From the NCBI RefSeq assembly GCF_009914755.1, contig NC_060928.1: 64,000 bases of DNA; one strand, written 5' to 3'. A model generated the notes under the pieces. The model saw only the letters and a list, made by a program, of their open reading frames with translations, was not told the DNA's origin and made no database searches. This document shows, piece by piece, positions 29,778 through 45,049 of the stretch. Within the stretch, counting starts at the first letter, position 1. The number at the start of each line of letters is the position of its first letter. Origin of the DNA: the human T2T-CHM13v2.0 reference genome, Homo sapiens. The position numbers were made by a program, and so were the translations under genes.

Positions 29778-31017
29778 CACTTTTTTAAAGGAAAGGAAAT
29801 AATAAATAGAGTGAAGACACAGCTTATGGAACGTTAGAAAATATTTGCAAACAATATATCTAAAATATGTAAGTAACTCTTACAACTCAATAGCAAAAAG
29901 AAAAAAAGATAGCCTGAATTAAAAAAATAAGCTAAGAACTTAAATAGACATTTCTCCAAAGAAGATACACAAATTGCTGATAGGTATATGAAAAGATGCA
30001 CAACAAAACTAATCATCAGGTAAATACAAATCAAAACGATAATGAGATATCACCTCATGCCTCTTAGGATAGTTATTGTTAAGAAACAATCAAAGACAAC
30101 AACTACTGGTGAGGCTATGAAAAAAATAGAACCCCCATAAACTATTGATGGGAATGAAAATGGTGCTGCAGCTACAAAAAAAAAACAGTATGGAGTTTGC
30201 TCAAAAAAAATAAAAAATAAAGTAAAGTGAAATAAAAAAATTTTAAAGTAAAAATAAAATAAAAGCTTCTAAAAAAAGCTTAATGTGTTATTTTATAAAT
30301 TGATAATTGAAATCATGTGTCTGCATTGCACAATGAATACAGAAATATTCCCCAATTCAGTTTGTTTCATGATCCAGAAAAATAATCCATGTAAATCTAG
30401 TTCACCATATATTTAAATAAACAGGATATTCTAATTACACACATCATGTCTCTTATCAAGTAGTGATTAAATGAAATATATTTGATGCTCAAATTATCAT
30501 TGCAAGTTTGGCCAAATAGTCATAGAGATGGCATAACTATATGGTATAACTTGGTTTCTGAATTTTTTGTAACAATTTAGGATGAAAAAACAAGAAGGAG
30601 TCAACAAGTAATAAGTGACCATGATATGCTGGTAGCTTGTACTCATGTGTCAGCCCTCTAATGATAAAATTTATTTAAATATCCTTGTAGGCCAAATTTT
30701 AATGGTGAGCTAATTGGAGAATCCCAATTCTATGCATGACATTACTTTCTAAAGACAATTGCAGACAAAATTAATACATAATCGATCATCCTTGCTATTT
30801 TACTTTTTACTTATTCTGTATGAAAAATTATTTATGAAAATTTGTTAATTTTTAAAATCATCTTTTTGTGGTTAATTGGATGGTAACACATAAATTTGAA
30901 TGGAGATATAAAACATGATACAATGGAGTGTACTTGTCTACACATACATAGAAATACACATGTATATATATATCTACTTGATAAATGCATGTATGCATAT
31001 AAACATACACATACATA

Positions 31018-31150
31018 CACACTCGTTTCTTGCTATCTGTAGGGGATTAGCTCAGCCTCCCCTCACCCCGCCGATACCACAATATGCTAATGCTCAAGTC
31101 CCTTATATAAAATGGCATAGCATTTGCATATAACCTATGCGCCATTCTCC
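31018..31150 (+). mobile_element. MER2-like (TcMar-Tigger) DNA transposon fragment
   Basis: atgctcaagtcccttatataaaatggcatagcatttgcatataaccta. Confidence 0.8.
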
Positions 31151-31159
31151 TATTGTTAC

Positions 31160-31432
31160 ATGTTGTTTTAAAACAAAGTTTATCGGTATAAGTAAAGTCT
31201 TCGGGATCTGGCAAGCTCTGATTGATGAGTGAAGGCAGTGGGTAAAAGTTTCAGTAACTATTGGATAAAGCTGATCTCAGGTTACAAAAGGCATTTTTAG
31301 CAGCCAGGCTTGCAGAGAATTGCATTTTAGAGTAATGTTATGTGTCCCGAGTGGTTTTCCCATCTCGATCTCTTGAGTCCATTTCAGTTATTTATGACAA
31401 AAACGGCCCAATTCTTATGATCAACTTTTACA
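31160..31432 (-). mobile_element. ERV1 LTR fragment (MER72/MER34-group-like)
   Basis: Ends cccaattcttatgatcaacttttaca, resembling the reverse complement of an LTR start TGTGAAAGTTGATCAT. Confidence 0.6.
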
Positions 31433-32749
31433 ATACATATACACTGATTCTAATAGATATATAGATATGTAATTTCATCTATTGAATGCTTTCTACCTGT
31501 GAAGAAATTCGTGAATGTAAGAAAAAATCTTTAATATGTGTTTCATTTCCTACATATATATGAAGTAAATCACACATACCGAAAATAGTCAGCTAGCCAT
31601 CCCCAAACTTGTGATATGTTAGAAGTAGATTCTAGTTCACTTTGGAGTTTCATTTAGCAAATGATCACTGAGGTTCTGTGCCTTATGTGTATAAATTATA
31701 TATTTAAAGCAATATGTAACTCATTTAGCATTTATAAAAATTAAGTACAAAAATGAATGGTGTGAGCCTTCAAATTAATATTTGTATATGTTGGCTCATA
31801 TAATTGTCATAATTATAATTATTAATAAGATCTCAGTAATAAGAAAATGTAAGATACTGTCCCACAAAATTTTATTTTATGTCTCCAAATTTCCAGAAGA
31901 GTACATATTTTTAATTTTGTTGGACATTGTTGTAACTCCAGTTGTAGATACTTGACATTTATAATCCAAAATTTTGGAGCAAAAACATCAGCTTCAACAG
32001 CACCGTCATTAGTTTTGAAGAAAAATATTTCAGAATGTTGATATTAAATAATATTAAAGTGACATAGTTATTTAAGTGTATTGGACATTGTAAATAACAT
32101 TTTTTTCAAGGACATGTATTTGAGTCTATGATATATGAATCACACATGCATCACTGCTCTTTTACAAAGTATAATAAATATTTTTACTAGTGTCCTAAAA
32201 TTTTATAATGATTATTGAAAAACCTACATGTTTATAGTAATTTACAGCTATATATATATGTGTGTGTGTGTATACATACATATATACACACATATACCAT
32301 TTCTTTGCCTAATGCTTAGATAATTCCTATTTAAAAGAAAGTCGTCACTAGTTTAAATATGTGGGATCTCTCACATCATAGCCTCCGAACAAGGGACCGA
32401 TTTTTGTTCTGCAGGAGGTGCTCTGAATGGCACATGCCCTGGGACTTGTTATTCTCATAACCACATTACCTAGAATGCACCAAATTGGGTATCACACCCT
32501 GTAGGTCTGGAGGCAAGTTCCTCACTATGCCACGTATGCATAGAAACAAAGGATGAAATATTGTGTGGAAGTAAGGATGATCTCTCTCATCATCATTCCC
32601 AGTGTCCTGTTAGCAAAAGCTGTGCTTCTCATTCCCACTGGAGGTTGTACAAATTAGAGACTACTGCTCAGTAAATATTCACTTTCTCTACTCCTCCAAC
32701 CCACTTGCTCACCCTTATCTGTTTTACTGATGTTGGACTTGGCAATGTA

Positions 32750-33065
32750 GTTCTCTTGGCCCTTTGGGGAATGTCTTCCCACAATTTGACTCTGGGCTCA
32801 GACAAGTGACCTGCTTTAGCCAGTGTTGTTGTAGAAGAAATGACACAAGTAAAAGCTTGGTATGTGCTAGTGCAGTTGACCTTGCTCTCCTAGCTTCTGC
32901 CATTATCATGGGAAGCACATGTCCAAGTAGCCTGCTGGTTCCAGAAGAAAAAGAAACACATGGAGCAGAAGCAAACCAGCCAATCAGTAGGCCCCAGTTT
33001 AAAGCAGAGATTTTCTAGTATATATGTGAGCATGATAATAAATGTTCATTATTGAAGGCTAAAAA
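32750..33065 (+). mobile_element. Old MaLR LTR fragment (MLT1I/J-like), possibly with internal sequence upstream (~32400-32660)
   Basis: gtgacctgctttagcca; cttctgccattatcatg; acacatggagcaga; tgtgagc..aataaatg. Confidence 0.65.
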
Positions 33066-33832
33066 TGAATACATAAGTTCACAAATATAATATATAAAAT
33101 AAAGTCTTCGGGTTATCTATAGCCTCTTAGATACTCTGACAGTCAACCTGGGCTCAAAAATTTAAATAAAAAATGGAAGTTTCTGAAGGGCAAGGACTAT
33201 AACATGATTTTTCCACTCTACTTTTCACTACATGTCTTTGAGCATATCTGGGCATTTTGGGGGAAAATTTTGTAATTATAGATTTACTATACTTGAAGAA
33301 AACGTTAGAACTCAGTTAAACATATTATAATATCGAATATGAGTATATATTTTGCTTACCTTTCTTTCTGATTTTAAAGTATATTTATTATTGCTGTAAA
33401 ACATAAATCAGCTTTTTAAGTGCCAACATAGCTGAATCAATAAATATGCCAAATATTCACATTAAAGTAAGTGCTGGAAAATTCATGAGTTGTTAACATC
33501 TTACAATGAGGTCTATTCTTTATGATTATTTTTCACCAAGGAATAACACCGGAATAATCAGTTTCATCAGTTTATGTGTACTTGTATTTTCTTCTTTGTT
33601 ATCTGGAGGAAGAATGTTATTTGTGACTTATTCAACCTACTGCAAAACGTGGAAGTGAATTTCATACATTATTTTGTAATGTGAAGGAGGGAAGCTTTAA
33701 GCTGTCACAGCCTATGACAGGTATTTAAAACTTCTGTTGCTAGTTCTCGGTCTATTATAAACATATTTAATAAAAGCTGACATTTCTGAACTCACTAGTT
33801 CCTGATTTCAGCTCCCAAGAATATTTATTGAA

Positions 33833-34514
<682 letters not shown>

Positions 34515-34913
34515 AATATTTTTTCTTTATTGAATACAAATGTATACTGAAATTGAAATGACTAGGAAAAGTAACTTCTGCAATTGAGGTAGTATAATTT
34601 AATTTAAATACCAAAAAATGCTTTTTATTTAGTATAATTGGGCAATGCCCAATTTTCAGGATAATAATTTAAAACATAAATCAGCCAGCCCTTCCCTCTA
34701 GCTCCAAATAATTGACCCATTGCCAATTTAAAATATTAACAATAGGTAAATTGGCCTATTGTTAGATCTAATATAATGTTGCTTTATGCAAAACAGCATC
34801 AATGTCCTCTGTCTGTGTTTTGTGTAGATGAAATTTAGAAAACCTTGATTACAAAATTACATATATAGACATTGGCCTATAAATCAAATGTATATGTTAA
34901 TTATTAAAAGTAA

Positions 34914-35209
34914 TTTTTTTTTTTGAGACAGAGTCTCACTCTGTAGCCCAGGCTGGAGTGCAGTGGTGCGAGCTCGGGCTCCCTGCATTCTGCCTCCCGG
35001 GTCCCGGTTAAAGCGATTCTCCTGCCTCAGTCTCCCAAGTAGCTGGGATTACAGGCACGTGCCACCATGCCCAGCTAATTTTTGTATTTTTAGTAGAGAA
35101 GGGGTTTTACCATGTTGGCCAGGCTGGTCTTGAACTCCTGATCTCGTGATCCACTCACCTCAGCCTTCCAAAGTGCTGGGATTACAGGCATGAGCCACCG
35201 CGCCCGGCC
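34914..35209 (-). mobile_element. AluS with extra 'gtcccgg' in the right arm (AluSg1/Sq4-like)
   Basis: tcccgggtcccggttaaagc; TSD-like aaaagt(g)aattttt. Confidence 0.9.
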
Positions 35210-37195
35210 AAAAGTGAATTTTTATAAGAAATATTTTAATTCAATATTCGCAAAAGTGTTGTACAACAGTAAAAAAAAGACAAAATTCTCAGAAGCAAAA
35301 TAGAAAAATCTAATGATTTTAATTAAATAGTTTTAATGACATAATTTATGTTAAAATCTTTGAAGTCATAGCCTAGTTACTCACCCAGGTATTTTTTTAG
35401 ACTCCAGATGAATCACATAAAACATACAATATTACTATATAATCATATGCACTATATACAATTATATAATATATGAAATATGCAGTTTAAAATGTATAAT
35501 AGTTAAAATAATAAAATAAAATATTATAACAAAAACTTTTTTCACCTTCTATTTTAGGTACAGATTATGCATGTGCAAGTTTGATACATAGGTATTATAT
35601 ATTGCAACCAAGTAGTGAGTATAGTGCCTAATGCTATAGTATAAGGTAATTTTTCAACCCAGACTCGCCTGTCTCCCTCCTCCTTATAGTAGACCACAGT
35701 GTCTGTTGTTCCCATGTTTATGTCCATGTGTACTGAGTGTTTCATTTCCACTTATAAGTGAGAACATGCAGTATTTGTTTTTCTATTCCTGCATTAATTC
35801 ACTTAGGATAATGGCCTTCTCCTCCAACCATGTTACCGCAAAGAACATAATTTCATTCTTTTTTATGGCTGTGTAGTATTCCATAATGTATGTGCACACC
35901 ATTTTCTTTATTCAATCCAGTTCTGATGGGCACCTAGGTTGATTTCATGTTGTTGCTCTTGTGAATAGTGTGGTGATGAACATATAAGCATATGTGTCTT
36001 TTGGCTTAATAATCTACTTTTCTTTGGGTATATACCTAGTAATGGGATTACAGTGTCAAATGGTACCTCTTTTTTAACTTCTTTGAGAAATCTCCAAACT
36101 GCTTTTCACAGTGGCTGAACTAATTTAAATTCCCACCATCAGTGTATAAGCATTCCCTTTGCTCCACAGTCTTGTCCGTATCTGTTGTTATTTGACACTT
36201 TTTGATAACAGCCATTTTGACTGGTTGAGACGGTATCACATTGTGTTTTTGATTTGCATTTCTCTGATGATTAATAAAAAATTTGCATTTTTTCATGTTT
36301 GTTGGCCACTTGTATGTCTGTTTTTGGGAAGTGTCTGTTCATGTCCTTTGCCCATTTTTTAATGGAATTCTATGGTTTTTGCTTGTTGATTTGTTTAAGT
36401 TCCTTATGGATCCTGGATGTTAGACTTTTTTCAGATGCATAGTTTTAGAATATTTTCTCACATTCTATAGGTTATCTGTTTATTAATAGTTTATTTTGCC
36501 ATACAGAAGCTCTGCAATTTAATTAGGTCCCCTTGCCTTTTTTTATTTTTATTTTTTTCTGTTGCAATTGCTTTTGGAGAACTAGCCAAAAGTTATTCGC
36601 CAGGGCCAGTGTCAAGAAGGGTATTTCTTAGGTTTTCTTCTAGAATTTAGATAACTTAAGGTCTTACATTTAAATCTTTATTTCCTCTCAGTTAATTTTT
36701 ATATGGTGAAAGGTAAGGGTCTAGTTTCATTCTTCTGCATATGGTTAGCCAGTTGTCACAGCACAATTGATTAAATAAGGTGTTCTTTCCCCATTGCATA
36801 TTTTTGTCAGACTTGTCAAAGATCAGTTGATGGTAAGCGTATGGCTTTATTTCTGAGTTTCCTAATCTGTTAAATTGGTTTAGATGGCTGTTTTTGTACC
36901 AATACCATGCTTTTTTGGTTACTGTAGCCTTACAATGTAGTTTGAAGTTGAATAGTTTGATGTGTCCAGCTTTGTTCTTTTGGGTTACAATTGCTTTGAA
37001 CATTCTGCCTCTTTTATGGTTCCATTTAAATTTTAGAACAGTTTTTTTAAAACTCTGTGAAGAATGACATTGCTTATTTGATAGGAATAACATTGAGTCT
37101 GTAAATTGCTTTGGACAGTATGGCTAGTTTAATAATATTGCTTCTTTTAATCCATGAACATGGAATGTTTTTCCATTTACTTTTGTTGTCTCTGA

Positions 37196-37283
37196 TTTTT
37201 CTGTTTTCTCTTTCTTTTGAGCTGGAAGTTCTTGGTGACATTTATTGACAGCAGTTTATACACTTGTTTTCTTCTCATGATTT
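37196..37283 (-). other. Tiny polyadenylated insert of unknown origin within L1
   Basis: About 80 bp of non-L1 sequence; minus-strand AATAAA (37241-37246) 22 nt before a decayed A tail (37196-37218); degenerate TSD tctc(a)tgattt. Confidence 0.65.
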
Positions 37284-38771
37284 ATTTCAGCAATGTTTTG
37301 TAGTTCTCCTTATAGAGACCTTTCACTTCCCTTGTTAGCTGTATTCCTAGGTATTTCATTTTCTTTATGGCTATTGTAAGTGGGATTGTGTTCTTGATTC
37401 AACTCTCAGCCTGAACATTATTGAGGTATAGAAGTGCTACTAACTTTTGTACAATTCAAGTAAGATATCCTGAAACCTTACTAAAATTGTTTATCAGTTC
37501 TAGAAGCCTTTTGATAGATTGTTTAGGGTTTTCTAGGTATTGAATCATAACATCAGTGAAGAGAGATAATTTGACTTTTCTTATCCTATTTTGATGCCTT
37601 TTATTTGTTTCTCTTGCCTGATTGCCCTGGCTACAACTTTCAGTAATATGTTAAATAGGAGTCATGAGAGTGTTTTAGTTCTCAAGGGGAATGGTTCCAG
37701 CATCTACCTGCTCAATATGATGTTGGCTGTGGGTTTGACGTAGATGGCTCTTACAATTTTGAGGTATATTTCTTCAATGCCTACTCTGTTGAGGGTTTTT
37801 AATCATAAAAGGATATTGGATTTTATTGAAAGTTTTTGCTGCATCTTTTGAAATAATCATATGGTTTTTGTTTTTAATTCTCTTTCTGTGGCGAATCACA
37901 TTTATTGATTTGCATATGTTGAACCAGGCTTGCATCCCAGAAGTAAAGCCTACGTTATCATGGTGTATTAACTGTTTGATGTGTTGCTGGATTTGGTTTG
38001 CTGGTATCTTGTTGAGGATTTTTGCATCTATGTTCTTCAGAAATATTGGCCTGACATTTTCTCTTTTTATTGTCTCTGCTAGATTTTTGTATTAGGCTGA
38101 TACTGGCTTCATAAAATAAGTTAAAAAGCTCTTCCTCCTCACCTTATTTTGAATGATTTCAGTAGGATTGGTATAAGTTCTTCTTTCTATATGTAATAGA
38201 ATTCAACTGTGAAACCATCTGGTCCAGGGCTTTTTGTGTGTTATCAGGTTTTTTATTACTTATTAAATTTCAGAGATCGATTTTGGTCTATTCAAGTTTT
38301 CAATCTCTTTCTGATTCAATCTTGGTAGTTTGTATGTTTGTAGAAATGTATTTATTTCCTCTAGATTTCTAACTTGTGCACATAGACTTGTTCATAGTAG
38401 TTTCTGAGAATCTTCTGTATTTCTGAGGAATAGACTGTACTATCATCTTTGTCATTTCTGATTGTACTTATTTGGATTTTCTTTTCTTTCTTTGTTAATA
38501 TAGCTAGCAGTCTATCAATTTTGTTTAATTTTTTCAAAAAATCAATTCATGATTTTATTGATCTTCTGTATGGATTTTTCCATCTCAATTTTATTCAGTT
38601 CCTCTCTACTTTTAGTTATTTCTTTTTTTCTCATAGATTTGAGATTGTATTCTTCTTTTCAATTTTTTCTAGTTTCTTGAGGTACAAAGGTAGATTGTTA
38701 ATTTGAGATCTTTCTAACTTCATTATGAAGGCATTTGGTGCTAAAAAATTTCCTCTGAAGACTGCATTCCA

Positions 38772-38874
38772 AGGAGAATGGTGTGCACCCAGGAGGCGGA
38801 GCTTGCAGTGAGCCGAGATTGCGCCACTGCACTCCAGCCTGACCTGGAGAACGAGACTCCTTCTCAAAAAAAAC
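38772..38874 (+). mobile_element. 5'-truncated AluY (last ~100 bp)
   Basis: ggagaatggtgtg...ggcggagcttgcag; perfect TSD gactgcattcca (38760-38771, 38875-38886). Confidence 0.93.
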
Positions 38875-39492
38875 GACTGCATTCCAGAGATTTTCACAAT
38901 TTGTGTCCCTATTTTTACTAATAAAATAATGATTTTATTTCTGCCTTAATTTCAATGTCGACTTAGCAGTTATTCAGGATCAAGTTGTTTAATCTCCATG
39001 TGTTTGAGTAGTTTTGAGAGATCTGGTATGGATTTCTATTTCTAATTGTATTGTGATCCAAGAGTGTGCTTGATATGATTTTAACTTTTTTAAGTGTATT
39101 GACATTTGCTTTATGGCCGTGCATGTGACTGATCTTGAAATATTTTCCATGTGCAGATGATAAGAATGTATATTCCGTGGTTCTTGGGTAGAGAATTCTG
39201 TAGATGTGTATTTGGTCTAATTGGGCAAGTCTCAAGTTTAAGTCCAAATTTTCTTGTTAGCTTTCTGCCTCAATGATCTGTCCAATGCTGGCAACAGACG
39301 TTGAAGTCTCCCACTATTATTGGTTATCTAAGTCTTTTTGTACACTGAGAAGTATTTGTATTATGAATCTGGGCACGCCAATGTTGGGTGCATACGTATT
39401 TAAAACAGTTAAGTCTTCTTGTTGGACTATATCTTTTATCATTATGTAATGTCTTTCTTGAATTTTACTTCTTTAAAATCTGTTTTACCTGA

Positions 39493-39812
<320 letters not shown>

Positions 39813-41714
39813 CCTCTGAGTATCATTAAATGTGAGATGGACCTCTTGAAGACAGCAGATTGAGACTGATTGGGTCTTTCTCTCAATCCAACGTGCCACT
39901 CTGTGCCTTTTAAGTGGGTGTTTAGCCTATTTACATCCAGGATTAATATTGATATTTGAGATTTGCTCTTGTAATTGTGTTGTTAGCTGGCTGTTATGTA
40001 GACTTGATTGTGTGATTGCTTTATAGTGCCTGTGGGCTATGTGCTTAATGGTAACAGATGTCATTCTTTTGGTTCTATATTTAGCACTCCTTTAAGGACC
40101 TCTTATAAGGCTGGTCTAGTGGAAATGTATTCCCTCACCATTGGCTTGTCTGAGGATTTTATTTCTCCCTCATTTAATGAAGTTAGTTTGTCAGGACATA
40201 AAATTTTGGTTGGAATTTCTCTTCTTTAAGGGTGCTGAAAATAGACTCTCAATCTCTCCTGGCTTTAAGGTTTTTCTTTTGTTAACCTTGGTGAATCTGA
40301 TGACTATATGCCTTGGGGATGGGGATCTTGTATAATATCTAGCTGGGTTTCTCTGTATTTCTTGGATTTGTAGGTCAGTCTTGCTAGCAAGATTAGAAAA
40401 ATTTTCATGAACTATGTCCCGTTTATTCTCTCTTTTTCTCTCTCAGGAATGCCAGTAAGCATTTATTTAGTCTCTTTACGTTATCCCTTATATTTAGAAG
40501 TTTGCTGATTTTTAAAAATTCTTTTAAATTTGTTTTTATGTGACTGAGTTGATTTGAAGAACTAATCTTCGAGGTCAGAGATTCTTTCCTCAGCTTGGCC
40601 TATTCTGCTTTTAATATTTACAATTGTATTCTATAATTCTGTGTGAATATTTTAGCTCTAGAAGTTTAGTTTGGTTCTTTATTAAAAAGACTATTCCATC
40701 TTTCAGTTCTTGGATGGCTTTGCTGGATTCTTTGGATTCTTTGGATTTCTTGAGATGGATTTCAACTTTCTCCTGAATCTCAATGTTTCCTCGCCATCCA
40801 TCCAGACTCTGAATTCTATATTTGTCATTTCTGTCACTTCAGACTGGTTAAGAACCACTGCTATGGAGCTAGTATACTCGTATGAAGGTAAAGGGACACT
40901 CTGGCTTTTTGAATTGCCAGAGTTCTTGTGCTGGTTCTTTTTTATCTGAGATGATTGGTGTTCATTTAACAGTGGTATAATTTGAGTATAGTCAATTGGC
41001 TTCATGTCTAGATGTTTTCACAGGGCCAAGGTTCTGTGCAGGGCTTTTATTTGTGGCTAAATTTGTGTCCTTGGTTTCATAGGGATGTATATTAGCAAGG
41101 TATGTTTGGTGCTTTAAAAAAATTAAATATAAAAAAATTATTCAAATTTATTTTACTAACTTGTAAAAATAAATGTCAGTTTTCAAACTCGTATATATTT
41201 GCCAGTTTGAAGCAACAGTTGCCTGATTTAATGCCTTTGAGTAGTGGTGATGATTCACTGCCTTTCCATACATTTACCAAGATAATGTGGGTTGTTTCTG
41301 GCTCCCAAGGAATAAAAAAACTTACATTCTTTCAAGAAATATACTTTTTTAAATCCTCCCCAAATTTATTATGACCTCTTCTGTAGAAATACATCAGAAA
41401 ATCAAGAATATGGAAAAATATTCAGATTTAAAAAGGCAGACCCAGAAAAAAAAATATGGGAAAGGTAAACTATTCCCAAAATAGCAAGTATAGAAGACAA
41501 GTAATATGTTGAAAAACTTATAAAAGAAGCAACAATCATTCTTAAATATGACAAGGGTACCTTCTAATAGGCCAGTGCTAGGCATAGATGCCTATGGAAA
41601 AGAGAACACATATACTATGCAGGTAGCATTTCTGTTGGAGAGTTCCAATGTGTATTCAAATTAAAGAAATCCTTCACAAGAATGACAGCACCATGAAAAA
41701 AAAAATAATTTTAT

Positions 41715-41810
41715 TTTGTTTTTCATAATCATATTCCCAGCACCTGGTACCCCACTTGGCATTATGGTTAGCATTGATAAATACTAAATGAATGGACAAA
41801 TGAATGAACT
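41715..41810 (+). mobile_element. L2 3' end
   Basis: tattcccagcacctgg...ataaatactaaatgaatggacaaatgaatgaa. Confidence 0.7.
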
Positions 41811-42099
41811 ACTTGAATAGAAGCCACTAATAATTTACACAATGTGGTAAAAATAAAAATCCCATCAGGACAAAGTCATATCCTAAACTTGAATGATTTA
41901 AAGGAACAAATTTTATGAAGTGGTATTCAAAATGATATTTTTAAAAAGCATGTAAATCACAAAAGAATTCTAGGTTTCCTTGGAGACATAACAGATTCTA
42001 GGTCTGGTAGAACAGTAAAAGATATGCCTGAAACATTTTTTTCAAATAATAATGTAAAGGACTTAATAATATACCTTTTTTAGTAAAAAATATAAGGGG

Positions 42100-42325
42100 A
42101 CAAAATAAAGATTACCACTGATAAATACTGAAATATTTAAAGATAATATAATATAATATCTACAATGGACTTCAACATAATCTGTTGGGTATGGGTATAA
42201 TGTAGGATTTAGAGATGAAACACAATTGATTCTGAGCTGATAAATGAGAATTAGGTGGTGGGTCCAAGATGGTCCATTATACCAGACTCTACATTTTTGC
42301 ATAAGTAAACTTTCCTCTTATAAAT
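42100..42325 (+). mobile_element. Ancient L1ME/MC 3' end fragment
   Basis: atactgaaatattta...agatgaaaca...cattataccagactctacattttt. Confidence 0.6.
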
Positions 42326-44154
42326 TTCACCAGTGTACTTGATATGTAATGTATCCTGATGTACAGGTAACCTTTTTCAAAGATGAAATTTTGTTTTAAA
42401 TGGTACCTTGTTTCTTCAGGCTGTATACGCTTGATATTCAAGTAAATGTTTAAAAATTAAATAAAATAGGAAAATAAATATATAGCACACATATTATTTA
42501 TCCCTTTCTGGCACCTTGGCCAATCTTTTTCTTATAAAATGACCTGTCTTGCTTAGACATAGGTAGGCAAGTCAAGCCAAGTAGACAACTCCTCTGGAAT
42601 GTTATTCCACAGTTTTGAATAAACTTAAGCTTAATACTTGTTATTGTCCTTGAAAAGTTAAGATGTATAAGATACCAGGGGCCATGATGTCTGGCAATTA
42701 GTAAGAACCTGTCCAGGAGATGCAGAGATTAACTGGAATCAGAACAGTCTTTTGATCATTTGAATTCAGCCATACCTAAATGCCTGTGTGAAAATAAATG
42801 TTGCTTATTTTTTCAGTTATTTTAATATTGGATTCTTTAGCCTTCAGTCTAAATATATATATTAATAAATATAGGAATAATGAAGCTTAATCACACAGTC
42901 AATAGATAAATTATTTGAGATAGTTCTTGTAAATAGACTAGTCTCCATACTGTATGTGGAAGGGACTAGACAAATAGTACATATTTAATCTGATGCAGGA
43001 AGGGGAAGATTTAAGCTAACATGAGGAACATGCCCAGAACAATTGGCTTAATGGATTAACAAGAATATTGTCAGTGAGTGGACCAGCTGTTTAGGGGAAC
43101 AAGGTCAAAAGGATAGCCAGGATTACCTTTATTGCAATGTATATGCAAATACCTTAGATATGTTAAACTTAAAATTATTGAGCAAGTAAAGTTTTAAAAA
43201 ATGGGCTCTGAGACACAAAAGAGAAGTAAGGCAGAAAAATCAGAATAATGGTAAGTAGAAAGTGGAAAGAAAACTCCCAATCATAATTAATATATATTTT
43301 TAAGCCAGACTCGCAAAAAACTTCTCCTCAATTCTGCAGTAAGAAGGAGGTAAAAGTTTAACATCAGAATCACAGTTTAATGTATTAGTAATTATAAATA
43401 AATAGTAGTATAAAGAAATTTATAATTTTAGAGCATATTCGACCTCAACTTTTTTAAAAGAGTAGTTTCATGGAGATAATTTACTTACTTTTTCTCTTCA
43501 TGTTTTTAATGTCTAGTTTATAAGCAATATAAAACTAAACTTCCTGGTCAGTTTTATACACCAAAATGTATGAATTTTGAGGCTTTTATATCATAATTAA
43601 AGAGCGAGAATTTTCATACCAAGATGAAGTAAAACCATGCAAATACACATTAAGGAACAGTGCCTTATTAAGCTTCATCTCTGTTGGTTATGCTATGAAA
43701 TATAGTAAACATAGAATCCATTGCTAATTATTCTAGAAGACAATGAATAATTTGTTGGAATAAGTAATATTTTAAACTGTAAATGACTGTGTTGCTCTGT
43801 GAATATTTTGTTTTCCTCGAATAGTATTCAATGTGTGGTTAGAAAAATATAAACAAAAGTTTCAAAAAAATAGTGTTTCCAAGTATAAATTTGTCAACAG
43901 AAATGCATTTCCATTTCAAATATAAATGTATGTATATTCTACTTATTTTTATATTCATGGAAAGTCTCACTTCCATTTGTACAGATAAGCAAAGCTTAAC
44001 TTCATTCAATTTTCTATATTTCCCACCTATTTCAAAAAAACACAGGCTAAAATGTTTTTATTGTTTTCTTTAAAGTTGTTAAAAACTACCATAGCAAAAT
44101 TTTCTGGCTATCTTTCTAACAGTCTCATTTTAATGGATTGATCTATATGGATAC

Positions 44155-44717
44155 TGAAGGAGTTAAGGACATAATACCCCAATATGCCATGACCTGGCAT
44201 ATAGATTATTTGGAGTTGAAAGCACTTAGGAAGCAGCAGTTGTAGAAAGAGCCATCTGAACTGCCTTTGCTTATCTATAGCAAGCCATACAAATCCCTGT
44301 GAGAAAGCTGCCTTCCCTGCAATAACACTAGAAGATAACCCTTATTGCCAGTGAGACTGAGAATTGATGCTGCGATGGAGCTGTATAAATAAACTTACTA
44401 AAATATCCCTTATCTCCCACTAGCTTTACAGCTCTATATATATGTCTCAATGAATCCCCTGGAATTTATTGCCCCTAGCTCTGACCCCTCTTTCTTGTCA
44501 TTTCTTCACAAAATTCATCATTTTTTGATGAAAAAGTGTAAAGCTTTCTGTTTTGGACATTGCTTTGGATCTCCACTCTGTGAAAATCCCCATGTACATG
44601 TAAAATTAATAAAATGTGTGTTTTAATCCTATCACTCTATCTTTTGTCAATGTAGTTCCTAGACCCAAAAGAAGATCTCACTTAAGAACCAAGATGAGTA
44701 AATTGGGGATCCCTACA
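44155..44717 (+). mobile_element. ERV1 solo LTR, MER34-like
   Basis: Starts tgaaggagtt...ccccaatatgcca...gattattttggagttgaa and ends ccctaca; 4-bp TSD atac (44151-44154, 44718-44721). Confidence 0.85.
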
Positions 44718-45049
44718 ATACTTCACCAATATTTAACATAGTTCCACAGGAAAAAAATCAAGAAATTAAAACCTTGATATTAATATTTTGAAACCCTCAT
44801 GATAATGAATTTAAGTGGATAAATATACATCTGCTAATTTACAGAAGGACATAAATTTCTCTTTAGAAATTGTCTCTGTACCTATTGTCTAATTTTCAAG
44901 GAAAGACTTAAATTGAAGACATCTCAGTATGCCTTTGGGAGCTTTTAAATGATTTCTCTGATGATAATCAAATCAGATAATTAATTACTTAACATACAGA
45001 GGTAAAAAACACTTAGGAAACTTTATAAGGCATTGTCTTTAATCGTGTT

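Larger units (their letters stand above)
27740..30260 (+). mobile_element. Old L1MA/MB ORF2 fragment with two nested LTRs
   Basis: Degenerate ORF2 (gatcaggaacaagg; agtaaagttgcaggat; agacatttctccaaagaaga) that stays collinear across both LTRs. Confidence 0.85.

Noticed and set aside
34737-34764. 10-bp hairpin taacaatagg/cctattgtta with inverted SOX-like motifs
   Set aside because: Short and AT-rich, so plausible by chance in 64 kb; spacing is longer than typical SOX dimer sites; no conservation data.
40722-40752. (ggattcttt) repeats in L1 ORF1
   Set aside because: Local 9-bp slippage in a dead element.
42540-42850. Possible MLT1K/L-like LTR remnant
   Set aside because: Only weak motifs (cagccatacctaa; aataaat); too degraded to call by eye.
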